64,000 nucleotides of DNA from a virus (taxonomy: Duplodnaviria; Caudoviricetes). Every line of letters starts with the position of its first letter. Position 1 is the first letter of the stretch. The stretch spans positions 1 to 64,000 of the IMG/VR virus record IMGVR_UViG_3300022555_000030; one strand, 5' to 3'. Shown piece after piece: positions 1 to 8,739 of the stretch. The notes under the pieces are model-generated. The model searched no databases. It worked only from the letters and a program-made list of their open reading frames with translations, and was not told the origin of the DNA. A program made the translations under genes and the position numbers.

Positions 1-1
1 A

Positions 2-94
2 AGCCTTATGGCATGAAGGGCATGTATATGTTGAGCCTTCTAATCTATGCTGAACTAATGTTAATTCAATACTATCATAAGGACAATTAGCCAT
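2..94 (-). CDS. 5' part of a gene running off the window edge (MANCPYDSIEL...TCPSCHKA)
   Basis: ATG at 94-92 after a GGGGAA RBS-like sequence; open to the window edge; CxxC motif. Not in the ORF track. Confidence 0.4.
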   Translation of the reverse strand, partial: MANCPYDSIELTLVQHRLEGSTYTCPSCHKA

Positions 95-130
95 TTATTT
101 ATTCCCCCATAATACTATTATACTATCCTT

Positions 131-1324
131 TTAAATACCCCATATTACACCATATACACGTGGTTGTTCAGTATCTACTGCATTAACAAATGATATCTTA
201 GCATCAAGATGTATAGGATGATCTTCCCCAAAATCTGTATTTGCTGGGATATATTCGCCACGGTCTTCAGCATTTGTACCATTGATATTTGCATCTTGAT
301 TATAATGCACATAACAATCTTTAGTAACATGAAATCTATAACTTCTAATGCTGCTTAATTTTCTCCATCTGCGAGATGTAGATGCATCTGCAGTACCATC
401 CCACCAATGAAGGTATCCTTGCGCGCCATCACAATATGTAGTAACTTCAGGAAGTGCTTCTGCTTGCCAGCCATCAGCATAGAAATCTGCCCCATTAGAA
501 GTAGCAGATAATACAAACGCAAAATATAAACTAACATTATTCAATATATGATTATTAGTACCAATTAGAGTTGCAGTAGATCCTGAAGAATTGCCTGTAA
601 TGGTTTCATTCTGGGGGAAACTAGATTCACATGAGAATAATGTATTATTACCGTTTCTAACAGCAATCCAACCAGTGCCAACAGTGCTTACTACTGCAGT
701 AGCCCCGGAAGTACCACCAGTTAATGTTTCATCTTCGGTAAAAGTACCATTCGCTCCTGTGATTGTAAATATTTTAACAGATCTATTTACCCCAGATAGC
801 AATGTATATCTTGCCATAGTACCACTCAAAGCAGCATCAGCTCCTACTGCAACTCTAATAGTACCAGTAACTCCTGTTAAATTAATATCAGGGCAGAGTA
901 GTTCAATTCTAGCAGAAGGGGCCGGATTTCCAGCACTAGCTCCCCATACAGATAATGCTAATGGTATATCTTTAGGATATGTACTTAAGTTATAATATGC
1001 ACCTTCTCCTTTTAAATGTGACCCCGTTACTGCTATTTTAAGAGAATTTGATCCATATTTTTTATATGTACTACTCACAGTTAATGAGGTACTTTTTAAT
1101 GCTGTATATCCTGTAGTAGCACTTTCTATTGATGGATTAGCAATCATATTTACAGTAGCTATACTACTTTTATCTACCAATATAATATTTTCTGCTGTTC
1201 CTGCGGTAGTTAATGTTTTATCTACAGGGTATGCTTTAGTAAAAAGCATCATAGATTCTCGAGTACTTGGATTAAGCTCCCATGATTTATATGTAGATGG
1301 ATCATAATCTGATCTAAATGCCAT
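131..1324 (-). CDS. Probable virion structural protein (tail/fibre-like, carbohydrate-binding-like beta fold)
   Basis: Thr/Gly/Ser-rich; IANPSIE...FYADGWQAE...TYCDG...WDGTADASTS pattern typical of phage tail beta-sandwich modules; lies in the capsid operon. Confidence 0.5.
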   Translation of the reverse strand: MAFRSDYDPSTYKSWELNPSTRESMMLFTKAYPVDKTLTTAGTAENIILVDKSSIATVNMIANPSIESATTGYTALKSTSLTVSSTYKKYGSNSLKIAVTGSHLKGEGAYYNLSTYPKDIPLALSVWGASAGNPAPSARIELLCPDINLTGVTGTIRVAVGADAALSGTMARYTLLSGVNRSVKIFTITGANGTFTEDETLTGGTSGATAVVSTVGTGWIAVRNGNNTLFSCESSFPQNETITGNSSGSTATLIGTNNHILNNVSLYFAFVLSATSNGADFYADGWQAEALPEVTTYCDGAQGYLHWWDGTADASTSRRWRKLSSIRSYRFHVTKDCYVHYNQDANINGTNAEDRGEYIPANTDFGEDHPIHLDAKISFVNAVDTEQPRVYGVIWGI

Positions 1325-1345
1325 CGAATTACCTCCAGGAAATTA

Positions 1346-1765
1346 TTATTTTATTGTAAATGGCTTTGAAATAAATTCTTTTGTAATTTCCCTTATAGGA
1401 TTCACTCTAATTACTTCTGTTATTTGTAATGTATATATATCTGATGCTATTCCTAAGGGAATTATTACTGTGCTCGAAACTACTTTATTCTCTGCTACTG
1501 GCAAATTAGATCTTGAATAATCTAATTGATACATAACTTTATCATTAAGTTGTCTATACATTATTGCTGAATGATTGCAGCATTTAGTATATTCAAATGT
1601 ATATACAATTGCATCTCCTGGATGATACTCTGCTTGAGTGGTCTGAAAATCTTCTATATTAATAGTTTTATATGGATAAGATAACCAAAATATTATTATT
1701 GATAATACACCCATTGCTACAATAATAATTAACCAAATTAAATAATTTATTAATTTCTTTTTCAT
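1346..1765 (-). CDS. Membrane-anchored protein
   Basis: N-terminal hydrophobic helix (LIWLIIIVAMGVLSIIIFWLSY) followed by a beta-rich soluble domain. Confidence 0.5.
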   Translation of the reverse strand: MKKKLINYLIWLIIIVAMGVLSIIIFWLSYPYKTINIEDFQTTQAEYHPGDAIVYTFEYTKCCNHSAIMYRQLNDKVMYQLDYSRSNLPVAENKVVSSTVIIPLGIASDIYTLQITEVIRVNPIREITKEFISKPFTIK

Positions 1766-2136
1766 TTTGTTATCACCAATGTTATTAATGCTCCTATTAC
1801 TGCTAATAATATTACACCAACCATTCCATAAACTATATTCCTAACAGGATCAAATTCTGCTCTAGTTACATAATGAGAATCTAATTTGATATTAATATCT
1901 TCTACATCAACTTTAATGTATTCAATATCATTTTTAATTAATGTAGTAGCTTTAATAGCTTCTAAAAGTGCATCAGTCTCAACTTTTGCGGGGCCAAGTA
2001 TTGCATCAGCGGTCAATTTAGCTGCCTCCTGCGCACTATTAAATATAATATTAGCTATTTTATTATCTAGACCTTCAGCAAGTGCTTTAATTTTGAAGTC
2101 TATATTATTAAATTCTTTTTTTAATTCTTCATCCAT
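1762..2136 (-). CDS. Coiled-coil protein with C-terminal TM helix (holin/lysis-associated-like)
   Basis: Helical N-terminus, then YVTRAEFDPVRNIVYGMVGVILLAVIGALITLVITK; overlaps the next membrane gene. Confidence 0.4.
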   Translation of the reverse strand: MDEELKKEFNNIDFKIKALAEGLDNKIANIIFNSAQEAAKLTADAILGPAKVETDALLEAIKATTLIKNDIEYIKVDVEDINIKLDSHYVTRAEFDPVRNIVYGMVGVILLAVIGALITLVITK

Positions 2137-2176
2137 TAATCATTTATCCATTTATTATTTATCCATTTATTAATAA

Positions 2177-2707
2177 TTAATCAGTAGGGGTCCATTCCAT
2201 ACATAATGAAATATAGCCCCTGGCATCTACATTATGATTAGAAACAACTATTTTAGCATATACATGCTGGCCTTCAAGAAGATTAACTACTCCTGCTGTT
2301 GAGCTAAGAGTTCCGTCAATAGCTGTATCTAATACTGTTGCTGAACCTAAAGTTGCTTCACCTACTTGTATCCCACTTGCTGTATTATCAGTTAATAGAG
2401 CAGTATCACTAGCCCCAATTACTGCTTTATATACCTGAACATAAGTAGTGCCACTAGAAGCCATATCTACATATGGTGTACCATTTACATAAATGCGAAC
2501 TACTTTACAATCACAAGGAGCAACAAAGAATGATTTATATTCAGTTTGAGCTTTAATAGCTGTAGCATTTGCTAAGTTAGGATCTGTACTATTAGTACGT
2601 GCTTGTGCAACAGAAAATCCTGTTCCAGCAATATTTCTTACTTTTCTTCCTTGTGTACATTGTTCTATAAATCTTGCTTGAGGATCATTTACTACTGCAT
2701 GTGCCAT
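2177..2707 (-). CDS. Putative capsid decoration/cement protein, paralogue A
   Basis: Just downstream of MCP; beta-rich; clear paralogue of 2747-3256. Confidence 0.5.
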   Translation of the reverse strand: MAHAVVNDPQARFIEQCTQGRKVRNIAGTGFSVAQARTNSTDPNLANATAIKAQTEYKSFFVAPCDCKVVRIYVNGTPYVDMASSGTTYVQVYKAVIGASDTALLTDNTASGIQVGEATLGSATVLDTAIDGTLSSTAGVVNLLEGQHVYAKIVVSNHNVDARGYISLCMEWTPTD

Positions 2708-2746
2708 ATATCAATACCTCACAATTTTACTGCTATTAATTATTTA

Positions 2747-3256
2747 TTACCCATTAGGAGAATCAGTAGCTACCCACTCCATCATTAAAGTAACATACCC
2801 AGCTGCATCACAATCATGAGCAGATACTGTTACTGTGGCGAATATATGCTGGCCTTCAAGAAGATTTAATGCACCTGAAGTAGTGCTTAAAGTTCCATCA
2901 ATTGCTGTATCAAGAACAGTAAGAGTGCCTAAAGTCGCTTCTCCAATTGATATTGCAGAACATAAATCAACATCAGTAGTCCCAATAACTGCTTTTGTTA
3001 ATTTAACAGTTACAGTCCCTCCAGACGCCATATCAACATATGGAGTGCCATTTACTGTAATTTTTACTACTTTGCTATCACAAGGTGCTACAAAGAATGG
3101 AATTATAGCAGTTTCACTCTTAATTGCATCAGCCATATGAGTAGAACGAGCAGTATCAATTACTAATCCTCTACAAACTACATTCCTTGTTTTTCTGCCC
3201 TGAGTGCATTGTTCAATTATACGAGCCTGGGGATCATTTACTACTGTATGTGCCAT
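2747..3256 (-). CDS. Putative capsid decoration/cement protein, paralogue B
   Basis: Shares MAHxVVNDPQARxIEQCTQGRK, FFVAPCD, NGTPYVDMAS and LDTAIDGTLS with 2177-2707. Confidence 0.5.
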   Translation of the reverse strand: MAHTVVNDPQARIIEQCTQGRKTRNVVCRGLVIDTARSTHMADAIKSETAIIPFFVAPCDSKVVKITVNGTPYVDMASGGTVTVKLTKAVIGTTDVDLCSAISIGEATLGTLTVLDTAIDGTLSTTSGALNLLEGQHIFATVTVSAHDCDAAGYVTLMMEWVATDSPNG

Positions 3257-3257
3257 T

Positions 3258-3497
3258 TTATTTAATTTCCTCCTTTACTGAAGTTGTAATATTATCTATT
3301 GTAGTCTTAACTAAACGTTGATTTTTATAAACTATTTGCCTGACATTAGACTTGACAGCCTCTGCTTGCTTTTCTGATGATATGACAGCTTCAACAAAGG
3401 TAAGAAGTTCACCAAGAAGTTTATCATTACAATCTCTTAATACATTTATAAGTTTTCCATATTCTACATATTCAATACAAGACATAACATTTACCAC
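3258..3497 (-). CDS. Small helical hypothetical protein
   Basis: ORF with a GGTGG RBS; resembles the C-terminal half of 42388-42774. Confidence 0.55.
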   Translation of the reverse strand: MVNVMSCIEYVEYGKLINVLRDCNDKLLGELLTFVEAVISSEKQAEAVKSNVRQIVYKNQRLVKTTIDNITTSVKEEIK

Positions 3498-3503
3498 CTT
3501 TAT

Positions 3504-3547
3504 AAAAAACGAGTAGCAAGATTCTTTCCTCTCACTACTCGCTTTTT
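3504..3547. terminator. Bidirectional intrinsic terminator downstream of MCP
   Basis: A-tract, CGAGTAG...CTACTCG stem, T-tract. Confidence 0.65.
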
Positions 3548-3583
3548 ATATTATATCACTATTAACTTGTTAATGGTTAATAT

Positions 3584-4945
3584 TTAGGCACTAAGATCAG
3601 CGATCTTGGCCTGTACATCGAACCTTGTACAACGAGTTTCAGCCATCATGTAGATGAGACCTCTTACAACCATTGCAGTAGCAGCGAAGAAATCACGATT
3701 CTCGATATATTGAGGTTGCATAGCCACAGCAATTTCCATATAATCGGTATCAAGTACATAGACATTAGAACCTAATACTGTAGAACCACCAGCAGCTACA
3801 GATTTAGAAGTATCAGGATCTGGCAGAATAGGAATTCCCATATAGGTACTCAGGATAAGACCTGTACGAGTGCCTTCCAATGTTCTCTCATCCCCAACAC
3901 CAACCTGGAAAGTTTCCTGGCCAAGGTATCTTTGATGAGCATTCAAAAGACGTTCTAGATTGAAGTATTGATCCCATCCCATAGTAATCAGTTTGGGCTC
4001 TCCACCACGTTCCCTAACCTTCTGGATACAAGTATCAATCAAGTTCAAAGAAAGAGCACGACCTACACCAGAGTTATAAGAACAATATGCACCAGCCGCA
4101 TAAGTTCCGGCAGTCCTGGAGCCAAGGGTAAGATTATAAGCATTGGCTTTTGCCTTATAACCGCCCACAGTACAATCATCTTCCATGCAGATTTCATCAA
4201 TACCAGTTAAACCGGCACGAGCAACTACATATACTATATCACTAGTAGTAGGAGTATATGAAGAAGCAGTAGAATCAGTTGTAGTAAAAGTAGTAACACC
4301 ATTTGCTGAAGTTGATCCCGAGATCGTACATGTCGCATCACATACACGATGTGCAGTTCCGGTAACATCATACCATTGAATCTGGTCACCAATTTGAAAA
4401 CTTGGAGCAACAGCATCAGGTACTGCAAAAGTAGTAGATGAACCAGTAGAAATAGGCTGAGCACTGCTAGCCATGATCATTTGGTTAACGCCTTTAACGA
4501 AGTCCCTCTCAGTTGCCTGAAGCTCAGTCGCTAAAACATCTCCCATACCGCCTTCCAGAGTATTAACAACTATTGACTTGATAGGAACACCAAAATCAGC
4601 AGCTATAATCTTTGGGAGTGTATAGACACCAGTATAGTTTGACACATCAATAGTAGGAAGAGATCCTGTTTCAGTGACAGCTCGCATTCTACCAGAACCA
4701 CGATCAGTCCTCAGAACCCAGCCGGCAGTGTTCCCCCAAGCTACTTTCTTTAGGGCATTATACATTACAGTACGATTATTCAGCGCATCCCATACCTTAC
4801 GGCCATATACATTCTGGTAAGTAGTAGCACTGGTATTAAGGCCAGTAGTCATGCTCTTTTTCATGAAATCCGGACCAAAGATTCTACCAGTAAGACCTCT
4901 CTGAGTTTGTGAAATATATTCAGCTAATGAAACATTCTGACTCAT
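3584..4945 (-). CDS. Major capsid protein (HK97 fold)
   Basis: YGRKVWDALN...KKVAWG..GW N-terminal signature, IDTCIQKVRERGGEPKLITMG and YMGIPILPD motifs; downstream of a scaffold-like gene. Confidence 0.85.
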   Translation of the reverse strand: MSQNVSLAEYISQTQRGLTGRIFGPDFMKKSMTTGLNTSATTYQNVYGRKVWDALNNRTVMYNALKKVAWGNTAGWVLRTDRGSGRMRAVTETGSLPTIDVSNYTGVYTLPKIIAADFGVPIKSIVVNTLEGGMGDVLATELQATERDFVKGVNQMIMASSAQPISTGSSTTFAVPDAVAPSFQIGDQIQWYDVTGTAHRVCDATCTISGSTSANGVTTFTTTDSTASSYTPTTSDIVYVVARAGLTGIDEICMEDDCTVGGYKAKANAYNLTLGSRTAGTYAAGAYCSYNSGVGRALSLNLIDTCIQKVRERGGEPKLITMGWDQYFNLERLLNAHQRYLGQETFQVGVGDERTLEGTRTGLILSTYMGIPILPDPDTSKSVAAGGSTVLGSNVYVLDTDYMEIAVAMQPQYIENRDFFAATAMVVRGLIYMMAETRCTRFDVQAKIADLSA

Positions 4946-4992
4946 ATTATTTTATTTTAACCTCTCAAAATTTATTATTTATTACTGATTAA

Positions 4993-5739
4993 TTACTGAA
5001 TCAATTGACGAATATTATCCGGGATATTATCAGCATCACTATTGAGTTCCATTCTCTTCAAAACATTATAAGGAAGCTTAGCAAGTTTCTTCTCTACTTC
5101 TTCAGGACTATCACCTTTCTTAATATCAACCTCTCCTGCTCCAATTTCAGTCCGTATAGGACTATTCAATCCTTTCTCTTCTTTCCAACCAGCTTTTCTT
5201 AGCCTATTAGAGACTTCAGTTTCCAATTTAGTATCAAATGCTTTTTGCATTTCATTCATTTGTTTCTTTAATTCTTCAATCTGAGAATATTCTTCTTTCT
5301 TTTCATCTTTTTCTTCTGATTCATCTTCTTTGTCTTCACAAGAATCATCTGCTTTAGAAGTATTAGGGCCAATATTAGGGGGAGTCAATCCGGGTTTACT
5401 GCCAACTTTACCATTTTCGATAGTGCCTTGCATGTCTTCTTTATTAGTCTTAATAGAAGCCTTCTGATTATCTTCACCTTTAGCACCAGAATCAGACATA
5501 GCCTTTAGCAAAGCATTAAATACATTATCAGTAATAGCTTTTACAAGTTCTTCTTTTTCGTCTTCCACAGTTTTTTCATCTTCTTTTTCTTGCTCTTCTT
5601 TCTCATCTTCTTCTGCGGCTTTGGCAATATACCCGAAGAAGGTGTTAATATTATCGAGAGTTTCATTATTTTTAGTAAGAACTTCTGCCATAGCATTCAA
5701 AGCTAGAGTAATTCCTTGTTCATTGGTATTTTCTGACAT
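4993..5739 (-). CDS. Capsid scaffolding protein
   Basis: Acidic, E/K-rich coiled-coil protein directly upstream of MCP. Confidence 0.7.
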   Translation of the reverse strand: MSENTNEQGITLALNAMAEVLTKNNETLDNINTFFGYIAKAAEEDEKEEQEKEDEKTVEDEKEELVKAITDNVFNALLKAMSDSGAKGEDNQKASIKTNKEDMQGTIENGKVGSKPGLTPPNIGPNTSKADDSCEDKEDESEEKDEKKEEYSQIEELKKQMNEMQKAFDTKLETEVSNRLRKAGWKEEKGLNSPIRTEIGAGEVDIKKGDSPEEVEKKLAKLPYNVLKRMELNSDADNIPDNIRQLIQ

Positions 5740-6142
5740 TATAATTCTCCTTTTTTAATACTTTATAAATTTTTTATATATATTAATTTTAAATTATTGG
5801 TCTTTGCCAGCCGATAATATTAATTAATATATATCTATCTAATATATATAATATATTAATATTTAATAAAAGTAAATAGTTTCTTTATAAAAATATTTAT
5901 TTATTAATTATTATTTTAATGATTTATATTTTACTTATAAATAAATAGTAATTATTATTAAATTAATAAGGAATAAGTTATAATATTATTAATATATATA
6001 TTATATATACAATATAAGTATTAATATTAATTAATAACAATAAAATATTAAGTATTAAATATTATATATATATCAAATAAATAAATAATAAAGATAATAA
6101 ATATAATAATATTATTAACAATATATTAATGGAGTATAAATT
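5740..6142. promoter_or_regulatory. Extremely AT-rich divergent intergenic region
   Basis: About 400 bp almost free of G/C between divergently transcribed scaffold and protease genes. Confidence 0.55.
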
Positions 6143-8737
6143 ATGAATATATATGATTTTCTAGCCACTTATTCTAGACTTGCTCATGATATAGCCACAA
6201 AAGATGAAATAGATATGGCATATTTTGAACTAGAAGGTCTTGTTAAAAATACTACTATTGAAAATTTATTTACTAAAAGTAATCCTAACCGTCTCGATAA
6301 AATATTATCTATTGATAGTGTAGCCCATAATTTTCATTCTAAAAATCCTCAACTATTAGATGATATATTCCCAGGATCTGACTATGCAGTAGTAAAACAT
6401 GAATTAGATAAACTAGCTGGTTATGAAGTAACAAGCGATATCCGTAAAGCTAATAGAGGATTCTTTACTACTATGCTAGCCGAAGAAGGACTATTCTTTC
6501 TTGAAAAAGGTATTGGTAAAGTATCTTCAAATGAAATATCAACAGAAATGGAACATTATGAAATATTATATGAAGCACAATTAAAAGCCCCTGGAATTGA
6601 TATGTTATCCAATGCAGAACTTTTAACTCTTTACCGTTATTATAATGATAATAAATATGCACAAATGATTAATGAAAGAGGACTTAATAAAAATAAACCA
6701 ATAATTGTAGGCGGTTACGCAAGCGTTATAATAATTGACCGCCAAGGACATCTTATTACAAAAGCAGCATTAGAAGAAGCATTTATTGGCTTTATGAAAT
6801 CATTTCGTACTAGGAATATTATGATAGCGCATTGCCTTACACCAGAAACATTAATTAGTATATCACCAATTAATAAAAAGAATAAAGAATATAAAAGAAT
6901 AGACGAAATTAAAGTAGGCGATAAAGTAAGAACTTCTGAAAATAGATTAAGAAAGGTTTTAAAAGTAATTATTCATGATTATAAATATGATATAAATAAA
7001 ATACATCTTGATAATGGAGAAATAATTAGAGTAACTGATGAACATCCTATTTTAACTAAAAGAGGTTGGGTTAGAGCTGGAGAAATAAATAATAATGATA
7101 TTCTTCTTACAGAAAAATTATTATCGTCTAATTTAATCCCTGTATCAAATGGTACGCATATTATTTCAATAACAAAAGAATGGTATGATGGGAAAGTATA
7201 TAATCTTGAAATAGAAGAAGATCATACTTATGCTGGGAAAGGGATAATATACCATAATTCGGATGTACAAGTTGGTTGGCCGCTTCCAGTATATATAAAT
7301 GAAGACGGAGAAGCATTTAAATCTGGGGTAGATGATAAAGGCTTATATCTTATCACAGAAGTACGTCCAGATACTCAAATAGCTGAAAAAGTTAGAAAAG
7401 GTGTGAACGGAGGGGAATTCAAATCATATTCTATTGCTGGCACTGCAATGGATAAGCGTATAGTTACTAAGAATGATAAAACATATATGCAAGTAGATAA
7501 ACTTGAACTAGTTGAAATTACGATTTGTTCAACCCCGGTTAATCAAGATTCTAACTTTATTATGATTAAATCATTTGGAGAAAATGTACATACCCGTAAA
7601 ATATTAGAAAATCTTAATATTAATAAGGCATTAGCAACTATTGATGAAGCCAAGAAGATAGGGGATGAAATTAATGTATCTTGGGATGAAGTAGATCTTG
7701 AAGAATTTAGGAGAGGCATACAAGAAGAGAAAGAGCATATAAAAACTGTTAGTGGGAATATAGATACTATAGGGCAAATAGCATTAGATCATTTAAAAGA
7801 AGACCCTGAATATTATCATAAATTAAAAGCTGTTATGAGTAAGAAATGGGAAAATTGGCCAGTTACTAAAGGGAATACAGCAGTAAATGATTTTATTACT
7901 TATATTAGTAAACAAAATAATACCGATAAATCATTAGAACGTACTAAAAAATATGATGTTATAGGCGATTCCAGGCAATCTCCAAAATACCATACTGGTG
8001 GCGATAAAGTTAAAGACCTTGATGAAGCATTTAATTCTGGGAAATTAGAAACTGCTGGTATTGAACCTAATCTCCAAAATTCATTAAGTAATCTTAATCT
8101 ATATATAAAAAGTAATGGTGGATTAATATTCCGCCCAGAAAAATATTACTCAAAAATGAATAAAGGAAAAAGCATAATAGAATTAAATAATTTTATTATG
8201 AATGAAATGTCCAAAGATGACGCTATGAAATTCCATAGAAAATTAAGTGATGTAACCCCTGATAAGTTCAATCCTAGACGGTTTAGTGAAGAAGCAGCTG
8301 AATCTATATCTAATAAAGATCCTAAAGATACTCCTTTACAAAATAATAAAACTCATGATACAATCCCATATCGTCCTCAATTAGAAGAAGAATCTCCTAC
8401 CCATTATAGAGTAGGCTATAATGATATTCCTATCCCTGAGGATGAAAAAGAAGAACCAAAAATGGCAGAAATAGGTGGTACTAAAAAAATAACTAATAAA
8501 AAAATATTGAATGATGAACCAGTAAAACATAATAGTTATCCTAATATCCAAAATTCGTTAGATTTATTAAAAGAGCATCTAAAAGAAAATAATAAAGATA
8601 AAGATGATAAAAATAAAAAGAAAGAAAAAATTAAAATAACAAGGATTGATATTGATTTAGCACATGATCCTGGGAATTATGATTGGATACGGCAAGCTAA
8701 AGAAAAGAACAATAAAAAAAATAAAAAAGAGGACTAA
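6143..8737 (+). CDS. HK97-type prohead protease with mini-intein and C-terminal extension (DUF5661-like domain)
   Basis: GGYASVIIIDRQGHLI...NIMIAH|SDVQVG...KSYSIAG...ELVEITICSTPVNQ protease motifs; later EEFRRGIQEEKEH...IALDHLKEDPEYYHKLK. Confidence 0.85.
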   Translation: MNIYDFLATYSRLAHDIATKDEIDMAYFELEGLVKNTTIENLFTKSNPNRLDKILSIDSVAHNFHSKNPQLLDDIFPGSDYAVVKHELDKLAGYEVTSDIRKANRGFFTTMLAEEGLFFLEKGIGKVSSNEISTEMEHYEILYEAQLKAPGIDMLSNAELLTLYRYYNDNKYAQMINERGLNKNKPIIVGGYASVIIIDRQGHLITKAALEEAFIGFMKSFRTRNIMIAHCLTPETLISISPINKKNKEYKRIDEIKVGDKVRTSENRLRKVLKVIIHDYKYDINKIHLDNGEIIRVTDEHPILTKRGWVRAGEINNNDILLTEKLLSSNLIPVSNGTHIISITKEWYDGKVYNLEIEEDHTYAGKGIIYHNSDVQVGWPLPVYINEDGEAFKSGVDDKGLYLITEVRPDTQIAEKVRKGVNGGEFKSYSIAGTAMDKRIVTKNDKTYMQVDKLELVEITICSTPVNQDSNFIMIKSFGENVHTRKILENLNINKALATIDEAKKIGDEINVSWDEVDLEEFRRGIQEEKEHIKTVSGNIDTIGQIALDHLKEDPEYYHKLKAVMSKKWENWPVTKGNTAVNDFITYISKQNNTDKSLERTKKYDVIGDSRQSPKYHTGGDKVKDLDEAFNSGKLETAGIEPNLQNSLSNLNLYIKSNGGLIFRPEKYYSKMNKGKSIIELNNFIMNEMSKDDAMKFHRKLSDVTPDKFNPRRFSEEAAESISNKDPKDTPLQNNKTHDTIPYRPQLEEESPTHYRVGYNDIPIPEDEKEEPKMAEIGGTKKITNKKILNDEPVKHNSYPNIQNSLDLLKEHLKENNKDKDDKNKKKEKIKITRIDIDLAHDPGNYDWIRQAKEKNNKKNKKED
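6833..7258 (+). mobile_element. Mini-intein (142 aa, no endonuclease) in the prohead protease
   Basis: Starts CLTPET, contains VTDEHPILTKRGW and VYNLEIE, ends YHN with Ser at +1. Confidence 0.9.
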
Positions 8738-8739
8738 AT

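Noticed and set aside
2177-3256. Diversity-generating retroelement template/variable repeat pair
   Set aside because: Differences are not adenine-specific, both copies are intact genes, and no reverse transcriptase is present in the window.
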